Assembly (NCBI RefSeq): GCF_036971445.1
Contig: NC_091478.1
Location: 62,930,001 to 62,994,000, forward strand
From: Narcine bancroftii
Taxonomy: Eukaryota
Direction of reading: 5' to 3'
DNA length: 64,000 nucleotides
Below are positions 10,380 to 22,489 of this stretch, piece after piece. Positions within the stretch are counted from its first letter, which is position 1, and every line of letters starts with the position of its first letter. The notes beneath the pieces are model-generated. The model did no database searches, was not told where the DNA came from, and saw only the letters and a program-made list of their open reading frames with translations. A program made the position numbers and the translations under genes.

Positions 10380-13090
10380 TTTGGCTGCATTACTAACACA
10401 CTGTTCAGATTGCTAAGCAAGCTCAACTGCACATGGAAAGCTGGCATCTCGTTGACTATGTCATCACCCGACAATGGGACATCTCTGATGTTGGTATCAC
10501 CAGAATTAAGCGTGGAGCTGAGTGCTCAACTGATCATCAAATGGAGTGGTTGGATCTATGTTTATCGATCAAACCTTCAAGCAGACTGATTGCAGCCAAA
10601 CCACCCAAAAAGCTGAACACCACCAAATTGAAACACCGTGAATGTGGCAATGCACCTAAATCCTCCATGGAAACTACACTAAGCAGACTGGTTGAGAATC
10701 CACCAGATGATATTACTGAGCACAAGAATGCTTTCAAAGAAACAACTTATGGCACTGTTTAGGACACTTTGGGGAAAGTCAAGCCCAAACATCAGGATTA
10801 GTTTAATGAGTACAACCAATTTGGCACAAGACCTTCTAATAGCTAAGACAGTTGCACACCAAGCTTGTCTTCAACACCCAAACTCAAGTTCCAAAAAGCA
10901 TGCCTTTTTGAGTGCAAAATCAACTTTGCAGAAGCAGCTCAGAGATTTCCAAGACCAGTGGTGGATGAACAAGGCCAAGGAGTTACAAGCCTTCGCTGAC
11001 TGTAATGACTCAAGAATGAAGCAATCAAGGTTGTCTATGGTCCATCAAAGCAAGGTACCTCACAACTCTTGAGCAAAGACAGTAACTCCATCTTAACTGA
11101 AAAGTCAGAGCACATGAAAAGATGGCAAGAACCCTTCTATGAGCTGTTGGATAGATTAGGAATCATCACCGATGAAGCACTGGGTACCCTCAACTCATAT
11201 TGTTTGAGCCAGATGCTCCCCCCTACTCTTCACAAGGTCATCAAAGCCATCAAACAGCTAAAACCCAACAAAGCACCAGAGCCTAATGGTATTGCAGCTG
11301 AGATCTACCAGTATGGTGGCAACACACTGATATCATGCCAACACCAGCTGTTCACAAAGTTGTGGGAAACTGCAAAACTACCACAAGACTTCAAAGGCGC
11401 ATTAATCCTGACCATCTACAAGAACAAGGGAGGCAAGAAAAATTACAAAAATTATCGTGGACGTCTCTCTTCTGTCAGTTGTGGGAAAATGCCTTGCAGA
11501 GATCACCCCTAGCTGTTTGGTGTCTGACATCAATGACAACATCCTTTCACAAAGCCATTGTGGTTTTCGAGCAGGCCGAAGCAGAGTGGATATGATTTTC
11601 TCACTGAGGCAGCTTCAAGAGAAATGTGTGGAGCAGCAGATAAGTCTCTGTCACATTTGTTGATCTAACCAAAGATGGCCTACAGAAGCTCTTACCAAAT
11701 TTCAGTTGCCCTCCTCCCATGCCTAACCAACATCATCCCTGAATTCCACAAGGTATGGAAGGCTGCATCAATATGTGTGATGAGTTGTCAGACATATTTC
11801 CCATCTCCAATGGTGTAAAACAGGGTTAAGTTTTGGCCCCTACACTGTTTGGACTATTCTTCACAGTTGTTCTTCAAGATGCCACATCAGACCTGAAGTT
11901 AGGGGTCTTCCTAAAAATGAGGGCTGATGATGGGCTTCTCAACCTCGCAAGACTTAGATCAAAAACAAAGGTCAAGGACATAGTTGCGCATGAGCTATAG
12001 TTTGTTGATGACTGTGTACTGGTTGTCCACTCTCTCAAAGACTTACATGAGATCACCAGTCACTTTGCCAGTTCTGCCAAGAGATGCAGATTGACAATCA
12101 GCTTTAAAAAGACAGAAGTTTTTGACCAACTGGCCCCTTGACCAAGTTACGAAGAACCAACTTTCCTCATTGATGACATTCTTCTCAATGCTGCCAACAA
12201 ACTTGGGCAGCACAATAATATCCTCAGCTTCGCTAGATGTAGAGATTGAATCAAGAACCAGAAAGGTTTGCTTTGCTGAAAGATCAGGTTTGGTCAGAGA
12301 GCATCAGGTTGGCCAGCAAGTGCAAGGTGTACAGGGCCACTGTCATATCAGGTATGTCGTCAACAGTCCAGTGAGTCGTGATTTGTTGTAAATGCCTTGA
12401 TGCATTGTATAAATTCTTGCAGTTAATAATTACGAAATTAAATCATTCAAATTTCATGGGGAAGTACTGATTTCATTTCCAATTTGTATGAAAAACTTGT
12501 GCGTCTGAGGCTTGGCCAGTCAAATGCCATTTGCAATCACTTTTTTTTATTTGCTGCACTACAAAAGTATAGAGATATTAATCGTTCACATTTTATACCC
12601 ACCTCATTATCATTAGGTTTCTTCTGTTTGCGATTTTTATATGGATATGAGACATGGTGCCCATATCAGAGTCACTTTTGTCAGATTGACCAACTGTGGC
12701 GGCATCATTACGTTCTCTGATGAAAATCACCTGTGGCGAGACAAGGCCTTCAATATCAAGGTCCTTTCTAGAGCCAGAATGCCAGCAGTTTCATCATTAG
12801 TGATGTCAGGCCAACTGTGCTGGGAAGGACATGTTGTCAAAATGCCTGACAGAAAACTGCCCAAGGACATATTGTAAAGCCAACTGTACCCAAAATTGAG
12901 GAGGCCAGTGACTACAGTACAAGGATGTTCTGCACAAGAGTCATAAGAAAGATGGCATTGCCCCATCAACATGGCTCAAGATTGCTTGCAGTGGAGGGAC
13001 CCCATCAGAAAAGGTTTGCATGCTGTTGGAGAACAAGCTCCAAGAAGCAACAGAGGAAAGGCACAGAAAGCAAGCAGAAGAAGACAATTG
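10380..13090 (+). mobile_element. Old RTE-clade LINE (endonuclease and RT remnants), interrupted at 12350-12637
   Basis: WHLVDYVITR, KAPEPNGIAAEIY, GFRAGRSRVDMIFSLRQLQEKCVEQ, GVKQG..LAPTLF and GHVVKMPDRKLPKDIL, with many frameshifts. Confidence 0.9.
12350..12637 (+). repeat. Third copy of the C1 donor site and first about 290 bp of the downstream intron
   Basis: AGGTATGTCGTCAACAGTCCAGTGAGTCGTGATTTGTTG... aligns to 8548-8850 and 41263-41565. Confidence 0.9.
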
Positions 13091-13294
13091 GCAGAAATTC
13101 TGACAAACTGCAGCTGAATCGACACGTTTTTTAATAAAGACAACTACAATATTACAACGAATTAAAAAGATAACAATGACAAACCAGAGATAGAAAATAA
13201 ATAATCACAATTATGATTGTGCAAGGAAATACATGCAATAGTGTGGACAGCCTTTTTGTGGTGTTGGAGCAGTGAATGATACTTGTAACAAACG

Positions 13295-13660
13295 GGCAGA
13301 ATTTCAAGAGTAAACTCAAAAACAAATCTGTTTCTATTTCTTAAGTTGTCAGGGTGAATTTGTGAGGCCAAAAAAAATTAATGCATCTAAAATTGCATTT
13401 TTTAACAAAAAAATACTATCTGGACTATGAATTATGGATGTTTTACAATTTACATTTGCTTTTTATATGATTGTTTTATTAATTATGTTTAACTATTCAT
13501 ATAATCTCATTATATTTTTATTATTATAAACTTTTCATTAAAATCAATAAAAATATTTTAAAATACAAAAAAGATAATCGCATTTTCCCCTTCCTGAATT
13601 ATGGGTAGCAAACTCTGAGACAATGTCAAATAATGCACTTTAATATAAATTTGGCATTCT
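13295..13660 (+). repeat. Diverged third copy of the receptor upstream/promoter region
   Basis: TTAAGTTGTCAGGGTGAATT..AAATTAATGCAT and TTTTCCCCTTCCTGAATTATGGGTAGCAAACTCTGA align to about 5805-5985; split by an AT-rich insert at about 13400-13580. Confidence 0.75.
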
Positions 13661-15009
13661 GTGCTATTAAAGTGGAATATTAGAATAATTTACAAGTTTT
13701 AAAGTGAATTAAAACACAGAATGGAAGTCTGATGCTTCTCCTACACTGCCTGCATTCCAAAGTCATCTGCTCGTGCCTCTTGAAGGTCGTAAGTGGCTTT
13801 GAAATGCAGGCAGTGTAAGAGAAGGGGTGTGTGTTTTTGCTGAGGGTTTTGAAGCAATATATTATTCAACCTTAGGCTTTGTCCGGTGCATTCTACGCTA
13901 AGGATGCATCTGAAGAGGCAGAAGCGGCCCTTTAAATTGCCTTTCAGGTGGCAGCGTTTAAAGTGCAACACTGGCCACCTGAAGGACACAGCTGCACAGG
14001 ATGCGGCTCTGAGCACACTCAGGCTCCTGCCCAGTGTCAGCTGTGATCAGCAGCCTGACCCTTTCACATCCACTTTCAGCGAGCTGTATTCAGGTGGCTG
14101 GGGGAGCCACTGAGCTGAGCTGACTATCCCTCTCGGAGGAAGGTTACGTAGCCTCCTGAAGGGGGGACAAGGGGTGTTACTTGCGTTATATGTAGAATAA
14201 TAATGTAATCATTTAGTCCAACTTATTTACATGAGTGTATAAAAGTTAATACATTCCTTTGTATGAGAGGAGACCCAGGAGACTGCTTTTGTCGAGAAGC
14301 TTTTTAATATTTTCAATATTTCAATTCAAGGCAAATGAATACAATTCGTATTTTTGCATATAACAGCAAATCCAAGAACTATTCTGCATGCATCAAATAC
14401 TGCATTTAGTATAGATAAGTATAAAAAATGTGTTTTAATTGTTGTTACCCAATCGTAACTGCTTCCCTTGTTAATTTATGTCCTTTGCTCTGATGTAGTT
14501 CCGCATTACTTTTCCGAGGGTGATGAGCAGTTAGTTCTACAGGGTAATACGCTTGCTGGAGTGAACGAAAATGGCTCCTTTCGCTGGCGGTGCTGCTCAC
14601 TCAAGTCGCAGCATCATCGGATCTGTCAGATAGGATACATTTGATTTCTGCTCGCCGACTCATATCGTATCATAACTCATTGAATCTTTTCATTCACATT
14701 TTTTTTTATTTGCCAAGAATTTGACAGAGAAGCGAAACATCATCTCTTTGTTTTAACAATTGAAATGTTTGGTTTCAGCAAGCAACCTACGGCCACGTTT
14801 TAATTTTCGATTTGACCAAGATAAATCATTTATTTTCATTATTGTACACAGGATGCAGCAAAATGCTTGTTACACAGTCTCCTATTTTACCAGAATTGTT
14901 TTTAAAAAAAGTGAATGATAAAGCGTTCAGTTTTTGGAAGCAAAATATTCCATCCCACTTCTGCTTCTATCAAATCAAAGTTCATTTTAGAATCATCCTG
15001 GTCATTTCA

Positions 15010-15400
15010 AAGTTCAAATTTATTTGTCAGGGTTCTTGGTTCCTGTGGGCAAGTCAGACTTTTCCCAGTAACTGTAAACTGTACTTAAGAAAAAGATACA
15101 TGTACAAAAGTGACACATGTAAAGCAACGTTAACAAACTGCCCTTACAATAAAGACAACTAAATATTCAGTAATAAATAATGTGCATGGTAAGAGGCCTT
15201 AAATGAGTCTCTGATTGAGTTTGTTGTTGAGGAGTCTGTTGATGGAGGGGTAGCAACTGTTCCTGAACCTGATGGTGCGAGTCTTGTGGCACCTAAACCT
15301 CTTTCCTGATGGCAGCAATGAGAACAGAGCATTTCCTGGGTGGTGTGGATCCTTGATGATTGCTGCTGCCATCCGATGTTCTCGATGGTGGGGAGAGTTT
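15010..15400 (-). mobile_element. Rex1/Babar-like LINE 3' end
   Basis: IIKDPHHPGNALFSLLPSGKRFRCHKTRTIRFRNSCYP on the minus strand. Confidence 0.8.
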
Positions 15401-15618
15401 TGCCTGTTTAATACTGGATGGCATCCATTCCCTTTTGCAGGAACCAATATGTTTCATCGCCAGCCTCTTAAAACACTTCTCTGTGGACGTGTGAGCCACT
15501 GGTCATTAGATTATTAATTGCATCCCAACTCCCACACATACATCAGCTCAGTTCTCAGTCATGGTAAACACAACCATTGTTTGGCCAATAATTCCATATT
15601 ATGCTGTTATTCTTTCAG

Positions 15619-15735
15619 ATTGTGTCTTCATACGTCCTTCCTTGTACATTAGATATGCTGTGGGTTTGACCTTTCTGTTCCTGGCCATCGTTTGCCTTAC
15701 CATTGGGGCGCGTAGTCAATTACCCATTTATAAAG
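15619..15735 (+). CDS. Activating-type transmembrane exon (Arg in TM, stalk Cys)
   Basis: Acceptor TTATTCTTTCAG and donor AAAG|GTACGT, phase 1-1, 117 nt. Translates DCVFIRPSLYIRYAVGLTFLFLAIVCLTIGARSQLPIYK. Confidence 0.8.
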
Positions 15736-16015
15736 GTACGTTAACTAACAGAATTCACTCTCATAGAAAATGCCATGGCATTACGATGGACAATGGGGAG
15801 AGGTTTTATATATATATATATATATATAGTGTGGAAAAATGAGATTTGATTATTATTTTAAATTGAAATTGTGCTGAGACTGGTAATTCTTCCAAAAATC
15901 AACCAATTTAGCATGCAGAATTATGCTATTAAGGGGCACTTGTTGCAGACACACATTTCTGTGAATCAGTGAATGCTTTAACTATGCTTTCTAATTCATC
16001 TCCACTGCTCTGCAG

Positions 16016-16062
16016 GGAGGAAGATTTGTAATTGTGCCACCCCACCATGTGGGACCCAATGA
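16016..16062 (+). CDS. Short cytoplasmic terminal exon GRKICNCATPPCGTQ*
   Basis: Branch-like CTAAT, then TCATCTCCACTGCTCTGCAG acceptor. Phase-1 compatible with the TM exon, stop TGA at 16060-16062, no tyrosine motif. Confidence 0.6.
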
Positions 16063-16969
16063 TTCCCTCAATTATGCATCATTGTAAATGCTCAACTTTG
16101 AAGGATATCGATAACATACAGATATTTTCTCATGTGCAGAATGCATTCATGGTATATTTATTCAAACAGCACACCTGACTTGTAGAAACATACACATCAC
16201 AATGAAAAACATATTTGTCAGGGGAAGTCGTGTATCTCATCCTCATGGTGAAATATATTTCCCGAAGAATATATGAGGGTGTTGCACCATCTTTTGGCAG
16301 ATACTTTATTGGCTGTTTCTGATTCAAATGTAACCAAAAGCAGACTGAAAATTGGAATGATTAATTTGCAGAAAATGTACCTATTTATGGGACTAATTTT
16401 AAATAATCTTTATGTATTGAAGACAGGTGTTTGTACATTTTATTTATGGAGTAATAGGCTTCCTCCAGCCTCTTGCACTAGGCTAATTGCAAAGCACAAT
16501 GTAAAGAGAACTGTTTAAAATATCCGCCGGGACTGAAAAAAGGAATGTAAGGATTTCAATCTCACACTTAGTATTCAACCTGGGTGACTTACAATGCACT
16601 GATGTTACATATTGTATTTGACATTTCAGGTAATCAATATGCTGGTGTTCATTTCTCCCTCCAGCAGGCTTCTACAGTTCCTCTCCACTGGCTCAATAAT
16701 TGGTTTAATCTGACCACATTTTGCTTATCTATTTCAACTTATCCACCAACCATCTTCTCAAAATAATACCAAAGGCTTTCTATAAGAATAAAGAATAGGC
16801 ACAGATTATTTGGTAAATAGGTAACTAATAGAACGCCATTATATTCAACTGTAATATATGACTATATGAGGCATGAGGTATTTGTTGTATGTGGAGTAAA
16901 TACGAAGAATTTCTGATGTGCTGGTTGATGGGGTTTTCATTTCATTGGGCCTTTTCATACATATTACTG

Positions 16970-17431
16970 TCCACGCTGCTGAAGATCCAACTGCGCTGGG
17001 TGGGTCACGTCTCCAGAATGGAGGACCATCGCCTTCCCAAGATCGTGTTATATGGCGAGCTCTCCACTGGCCACCGTGACAGAGGTGCACCAAAGAAAAG
17101 GTACAAGGACTGCCTAAAGAAATCTCTTGGTGCCTGCCACATTGACCACTGCCAGTGGGCTGATATCGCCTCAAACCGTGCATCTTGGCGCCTCACAGTT
17201 TGGCGGGCAGCAACCTCCTTTGAAGAAGACCGCAGAGCCCACCTCACTGACAAAAGACAAAGGAGGAAAAACCCAACACCCAACCCCAACCAACCAAAAT
17301 TCCCCTGCAACCGCTGCAACCGTGTCTGCCTGTCCCGCATCGGACTTGTCAGCCACAAACGAGCCTGCAGCTGACGTGGACATTTACCCCCTCCATAAAT
17401 CTTCGTCCGCGAAGCCAAGCCAAGAAAAGAA
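16970..17431 (+). mobile_element. Young RTE LINE, 5'-truncated 3' end
   Basis: QLRWVGHVSRMEDHRLPKIVLYGELSTG...FPCNRCNRVCLSRIGLVSHKRACS*; tail GAAGCCAAGCCAAGAAAAGAA. Confidence 0.92.
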
Positions 17432-17694
17432 ACTGTGAACCGAGTGAATAAAACTCAGATGCCCAACTTGAGTACAATCTTATTTTTGTATCTATTATCT
17501 ACAACAGCTGTTAAAAAAATCATGTGTCAAATAATGGCAGTTACAAAATTCAGTATATACACAATGCTGGAGACTCACCAGGTCAAACGGTGTCCTTTAT
17601 ATAGCAAAGGTAAAAATACATAACCAATATTTCAGCCTTGATCCCTTCATCAAGGAATGAGAAAATGTTGGTAGCACCAAACAAAAGAGTAGTG

Positions 17695-18121
17695 AGATAA
17701 TTTGAAAATACAACAATGGTATATAGAAATGAATAAATGTATTCCATTAGAAAAAATAACATATAGTTTAAGAAATAATATTGAAATATTTGAACAAATA
17801 TGGGAGCCTTACATGAAACACAATAGAGAAAACCTACCAGGGACATTCACTACCTAAATTAACGAAAGGAGAAGGAAATGAAAAGAATTGACTCAGTGGA
17901 ATTTCTTGTTTATTTTTATTGAATGACAACATTGTTTGACTGGTTTAATGTATCCTAGATTTTGTACTTTAAATGGATGGGAGGGGGGAGGTAGGGAGGG
18001 TGGGATGGGAGGAGGGAGGTGGGGGGGGGGAGAAAATGGCACTGTATATATTTGAAAAGGAAAAAGTATGTATCATGGTTAATGTGGTTTATGGTGTGAA
18101 AAATAAAAAAATTAAAAAAAA
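17695..18121 (+). mobile_element. L1-clade LINE 3' end with poly(A)
   Basis: ORF2 C-terminal remnant, G-rich 3' UTR, AATAAA and A-tail. 16-bp TSD AAACAAAAGAGTAGTG at 17679-17694 and 18122-18137. Confidence 0.88.
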
Positions 18122-18736
18122 AAACAAAAGAGTAGTGGGGGGGGAAATGGGTGGTTGCAAGGAAGGTGGTGATAGGTGGAGAAGGGAGGGAGGGGACAGC
18201 AGAGATCAAGGGGAGAAGGGATGGCTGGGTGAAGGAGGGAGGAGAACCACAAAGAAGAAGGGAAGGGGGGAGGGGGGAAAGGAAACCAGGTTAGCAGAAA
18301 CCAGAAAAGTCGATGTTAATGCCATCTGGCCGGAGAGGGCCAAGACAGAAAATCAGGTGTTGTTCCTCCAATTTGCAGGTGGTATTGGTGGGATAGTATA
18401 TAAGGTCATGGACAGACATGTGAGTATGGGAGTGTGACACAGAACTGAAAGGGTTGGCTACTGGGAGGTCTCTGTCACTGGAGCGGATGGAGGGAAGGAT
18501 TTCAGTGAAGTGATCTCTCAATCTGCATCCAGTCTCTTCAATGCAGAGAAGGAGGCCACAAAGGGAGCACCGGATGCAGTAAATTAGACCTGTGTTTACA
18601 CAAGTGAAATGTTGCTTCACTTGAAAGGCCTTTTTGAGGGAGGAGGTGTGGATGCAAGTGTGACACATCCTGTGGCTACAGGGAAAAAGTGTTGGAGTGG
18701 GGGTTGCAATTGGTGAGGAGGGATGAGTGCACAAGT

Positions 18737-21007
18737 TTGAAGACTTTATTTAAAATTTTATAACATGAATACAATAAAGAATTACATTTAAAGAAAAATA
18801 AAAAAAATTAAAATAGTATGATTACAATATTACATCAGAAAACTACACAAACCCCCCCCCGTTAATTGTAACACAATATTAATAGTCGAACTTAAAATTA
18901 GTCCAACCCTCCCCCCCCAAAAAATAAAGTGTGAAGAGTTAATAAAATTAACAATATTATATATGGAAAAAATACCCACTTACAAAAAAAGAGATAAAAC
19001 TTAACCTAAAAAAAATTCTAACAACAAAAAAAAATTGTCAATACCACGCTTAAACATATATTTAAATCAAACTTAAATGCATATAATTAGCAAACAGAGT
19101 CCACTTTAACTTATAAAAAGACATCTTATCCTGAATTGAAAAAGATATCCTTTCCATAGTCAAACAAAATTTCATTTCCAAATACCACTTATCTAAAGTT
19201 AGTATATTTCTATCTTTCCAAGTAAGTACTATACATTTGTTAGCCACGACTAAAGCTAAATAGATAAATGAAATCTGATAATCCTCTAAACCTAAATCAA
19301 TTAATGATTGCATGTTCCCTAATAAAAATATATCGGGATCTAATACAAGATGAATATTATATAAACTGTTAAAAATAGATTGAATACCTTTCCAAAACTG
19401 TTGCAATCGATCACAAAGCCAAACAGTATGCAAAATAGTATTGGCCGTCTGATCACATCGAAAACAAGAATCCAACTTACTAAGACCAAATTTTTTAAAT
19501 TTCTCCGGCGTTAAATATAGCTGATGAATAAAATTATAATTAATCATCGCTAGTCTAGCATTAATTAATTTCCGAATACTATTCTGACAAATTTCCATCC
19601 AAGCTTCTTCAGCTATTTTATGTCCTAAATCTTTTCCCATTTCAACTTGTCTTTATCCCAGTATTTTTTACTATCAATTTCTTGTAAAATACAATACAAA
19701 TCAGATATATATCCCTTTTTTGGTATTGAAAGTACAAATTCTTCAAAACTAGATTCAGGCAATAAAATCATATGTCGACCACATAACTGTTTTACAAAAG
19801 ATTTTAATTGATAATATACAAATATAGAATTTGCACTAATACCATATTTCCTTTGTAATTCGTCAAAGGAACAAAAACAACCCTCACAAAAACAATCAGA
19901 TAAATTTTTTATTCCCTTCTTTTCCTATTGTTTCAAAGTGGCATTGGAGACCGTAAAAGGAACAAGTTGATTATTATATAATGGCAATCTTCCAGAATAT
20001 ATATTTTAAAGTCCCAATTTTTAAAATTTACTTGTCCATAAATTCAATAAATGTTTCAATATTGGTACATCATAAGTTCGTAATACATTTTTATTCCATC
20101 GAAACAAAAACTCATGAGGAAATATTTCTAAAATAACCGCCATTTCTATCTTTACCCAACTAGGTGGGTCGTCCATATTCATTAATGCACTAAGAAATGT
20201 GAATTGAGCTGCTTCATAATAATGCTGAAAATTCGGTAATCTTAAACCTCCAAATTGAAAATCCCACATCAATTTTCTCATTGCTACTCTGGGAAATTTT
20301 CCCTTCCATAAGAATTCTCTAATCGCTTTATATAAGTCCTTAAAAAAACTTTAAAAAAAAATAAGGAATTGATTGAAACAAATATTGTATGCTAGGAAAA
20401 ATGTTCCTCCCTAGTAAACCCAAAGGTAGATCCCTCCACCTAATCAAATCTAATTTAATCCTTTTTATTAAAGGAAAATAATTAATTGAATATAATTCTT
20501 GAAATTCTGTATTAACATTAATTCCTAAATATTTAATTTGTGTAGTCCACTTCAAATTTGTAATATTTTTATATACTGAATAATCATCTTTACAAATTGG
20601 CAAAATTTCACTTTTAGCCGAATTTACTTTGTAATCAGATAATTGGCCATAAATTTCTAAACATTCTTGAATTGCAGGTAAAGAAATATCTGGATCCACC
20701 AAATATAATAAAACATCATCAGCAAATAAATTAATCTTGTATTCCTCATTCAGAACTCTCATACCTTTAACATTTTCATTTTGACGTATTAATTGTGCTA
20801 AAGGTTCAATAACTATAGCAAATAAAGCAGGTGACAACGGACATCCTTGTCTAGTAGAACTTGTCAAACTAAAAGATTCTGAAATTTGGCCATTAACAGC
20901 AATTCTAGCCTTCGGGCTATTATATAAAGCCTTTATCAACCCAATAAATGAAGAACCAAAACAAAATTTCTCAAGTACTTTGAACAGAAACTTCCATTCC
21001 ACTCTGT
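18737..21007 (-). mobile_element. 5'-truncated L1-clade LINE
   Basis: RT RQGCPLSPALF and LFADD plus C-terminal CFRC..H..W.C. 17-bp TSD GGGATGAGTGCACAAGT at 18720-18736 and 21008-21024. Confidence 0.93.
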
Positions 21008-21545
21008 GGGATGAGTGCACAAGTGAGTCACACAGGGAGTGGTCCCGACAGAAGACAGAGAGGAAAGGAGAGGGGAAGATGTGTCTAGTGATGGGATCCT
21101 TTTGTAAGTGCCAAAAATTCTGGAGGATAATGTGTTGGATGCAGAGGCTGGTGGAGTGGTAGATGAGGATGAGGAGGGGTCCATGTTTGTTACATCAGGG
21201 GCAGAAGAGGCCAGGGCAGATGAGCAGGAAATGGAGGAGATTTGGGTGAGGGCTGAGTTGATGGTGGTGGGGGAGGTGGGGGGAGGGGGAGAGAGAACCA
21301 CGTTTGTGGAAGAAGACAGACATTTCAGAAGATCTGGACTGGAAGAAATTCATCTTGGGAACAGATACAGCAGAGACAGAGAAATTGAGAGAATGGGATA
21401 GAATTTTTGCTGGGGACAGAGTGAAATTAAGTGTAGTCAAGTTAGTTGTGGGAGTTAGAGGGTTTGTAATGTATGTCGGAGGAACACTTATCTCCCGAGA
21501 TGGAGACAGAGAGATCCAGGAAGGGGAGAGTGTTGTCCCAAGATG

Positions 21546-21910
21546 ATATCTTCCTCTGTGACTCCCTCAAACACTCATCCCTCCCTACCAATCACCACCC
21601 CTTGACCCAGCACATTTCACTGTGACCTCAAGATGTGCCACACCTGCACTCACACCTTCTCCCGTACCTCAGTCTGGGGCCCTAAACGGGGCTGTCAAGT
21701 GAAGCAACACTTCACTTATGTATCCAGAGGATTGATTTACTGAATTCACTGCTCCCTTTGTGGAATTCTCTCCATCAGGGAGACTGGGTGTACATTGGGA
21801 GATGGCTTCACTGAGCACCTTTGCTCTGTTCATTACAGAGACCATTTCAGTTCTGTGTCACACTCCCATACTCACATGTCTGTCCATGGCCTTATGTACT
21901 ATCCCACCAA
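21546..21910 (+). mobile_element. Penelope-like GIY-YIG fragment, inverted relative to the adjacent copy
   Basis: CAAGTGAAGCAACACTTCAC..TTGATTTACTG.. is the reverse complement of about 18400-18680. Confidence 0.7.
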
Positions 21911-21924
21911 GAAATCTCTCCAAC

Positions 21925-22486
21925 TACAAACGGTCTTTTAGAACCAGAAAGCAGCCCCCTTTGGGCCTTCTAGTCAGTGCCAAACCATTTTTTTTGCCTA
22001 GTCCCACTGACCTGCACCCAGTCCATAGTCCTTCATACCTCTCCCATCCATGCACTTGTCCAAATTCTTCTTGAATTTGGACACATTCACCATTTAAGTT
22101 GGAAGCTCGTACCACACTCCCACGATGCTCTATGTGAAGAAGTTCCCACTCACGTTCCCCCTAAACTTTCCCCTTTCACTCTTAACCCATGTCGTCTGGT
22201 TCGTATCTCACCTACCCTCAGTGGAAACAGCCAATTTACATTTACTCTCCATGTTCCCCTCATAATTTTAAATACTTCTATCAAATCACCCCTCATTCTT
22301 CTACGGTCCAGGGAATAAACTCCTAATCCTGCTTAACCTTTCCCTGTAACTCAGTTCTTGAAGTCAGGGCAACATCATAGTAAATCTTCTCTGCACTCTT
22401 TCTATCTTATTGATACCTGTCTTGTAGTTAGGTGACCAAAACAGCACACAATACTCCAAATTTGGCCCCACTAATGTCTTATACAG
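21925..22486 (-). mobile_element. CR1 LINE 3' portion
   Basis: Minus strand LEYCVLFWSP-like and FFT.SIVGVWYELP-like remnants; same C-terminal region as 44492-45301. Confidence 0.8.
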
Positions 22487-22489
22487 GTA

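Larger units (their letters stand above)
17560..21545 (-). mobile_element. Penelope-like element (RT/GIY-YIG remnants) split by two L1 insertions
   Basis: FQVKQHFTCVNTGLIYCIRCSLCG..EETGCRLRDHF (GIY-YIG type) at 18291-18734; continues after 21008. Boundaries approximate. Confidence 0.75.

Noticed and set aside
13740-14190. Imperfect inverted repeat CTTTCAGGTGGC / GCCACCTGAAGG, possible MITE remnant
   Set aside because: No terminal inverted repeats or TSD could be defined.
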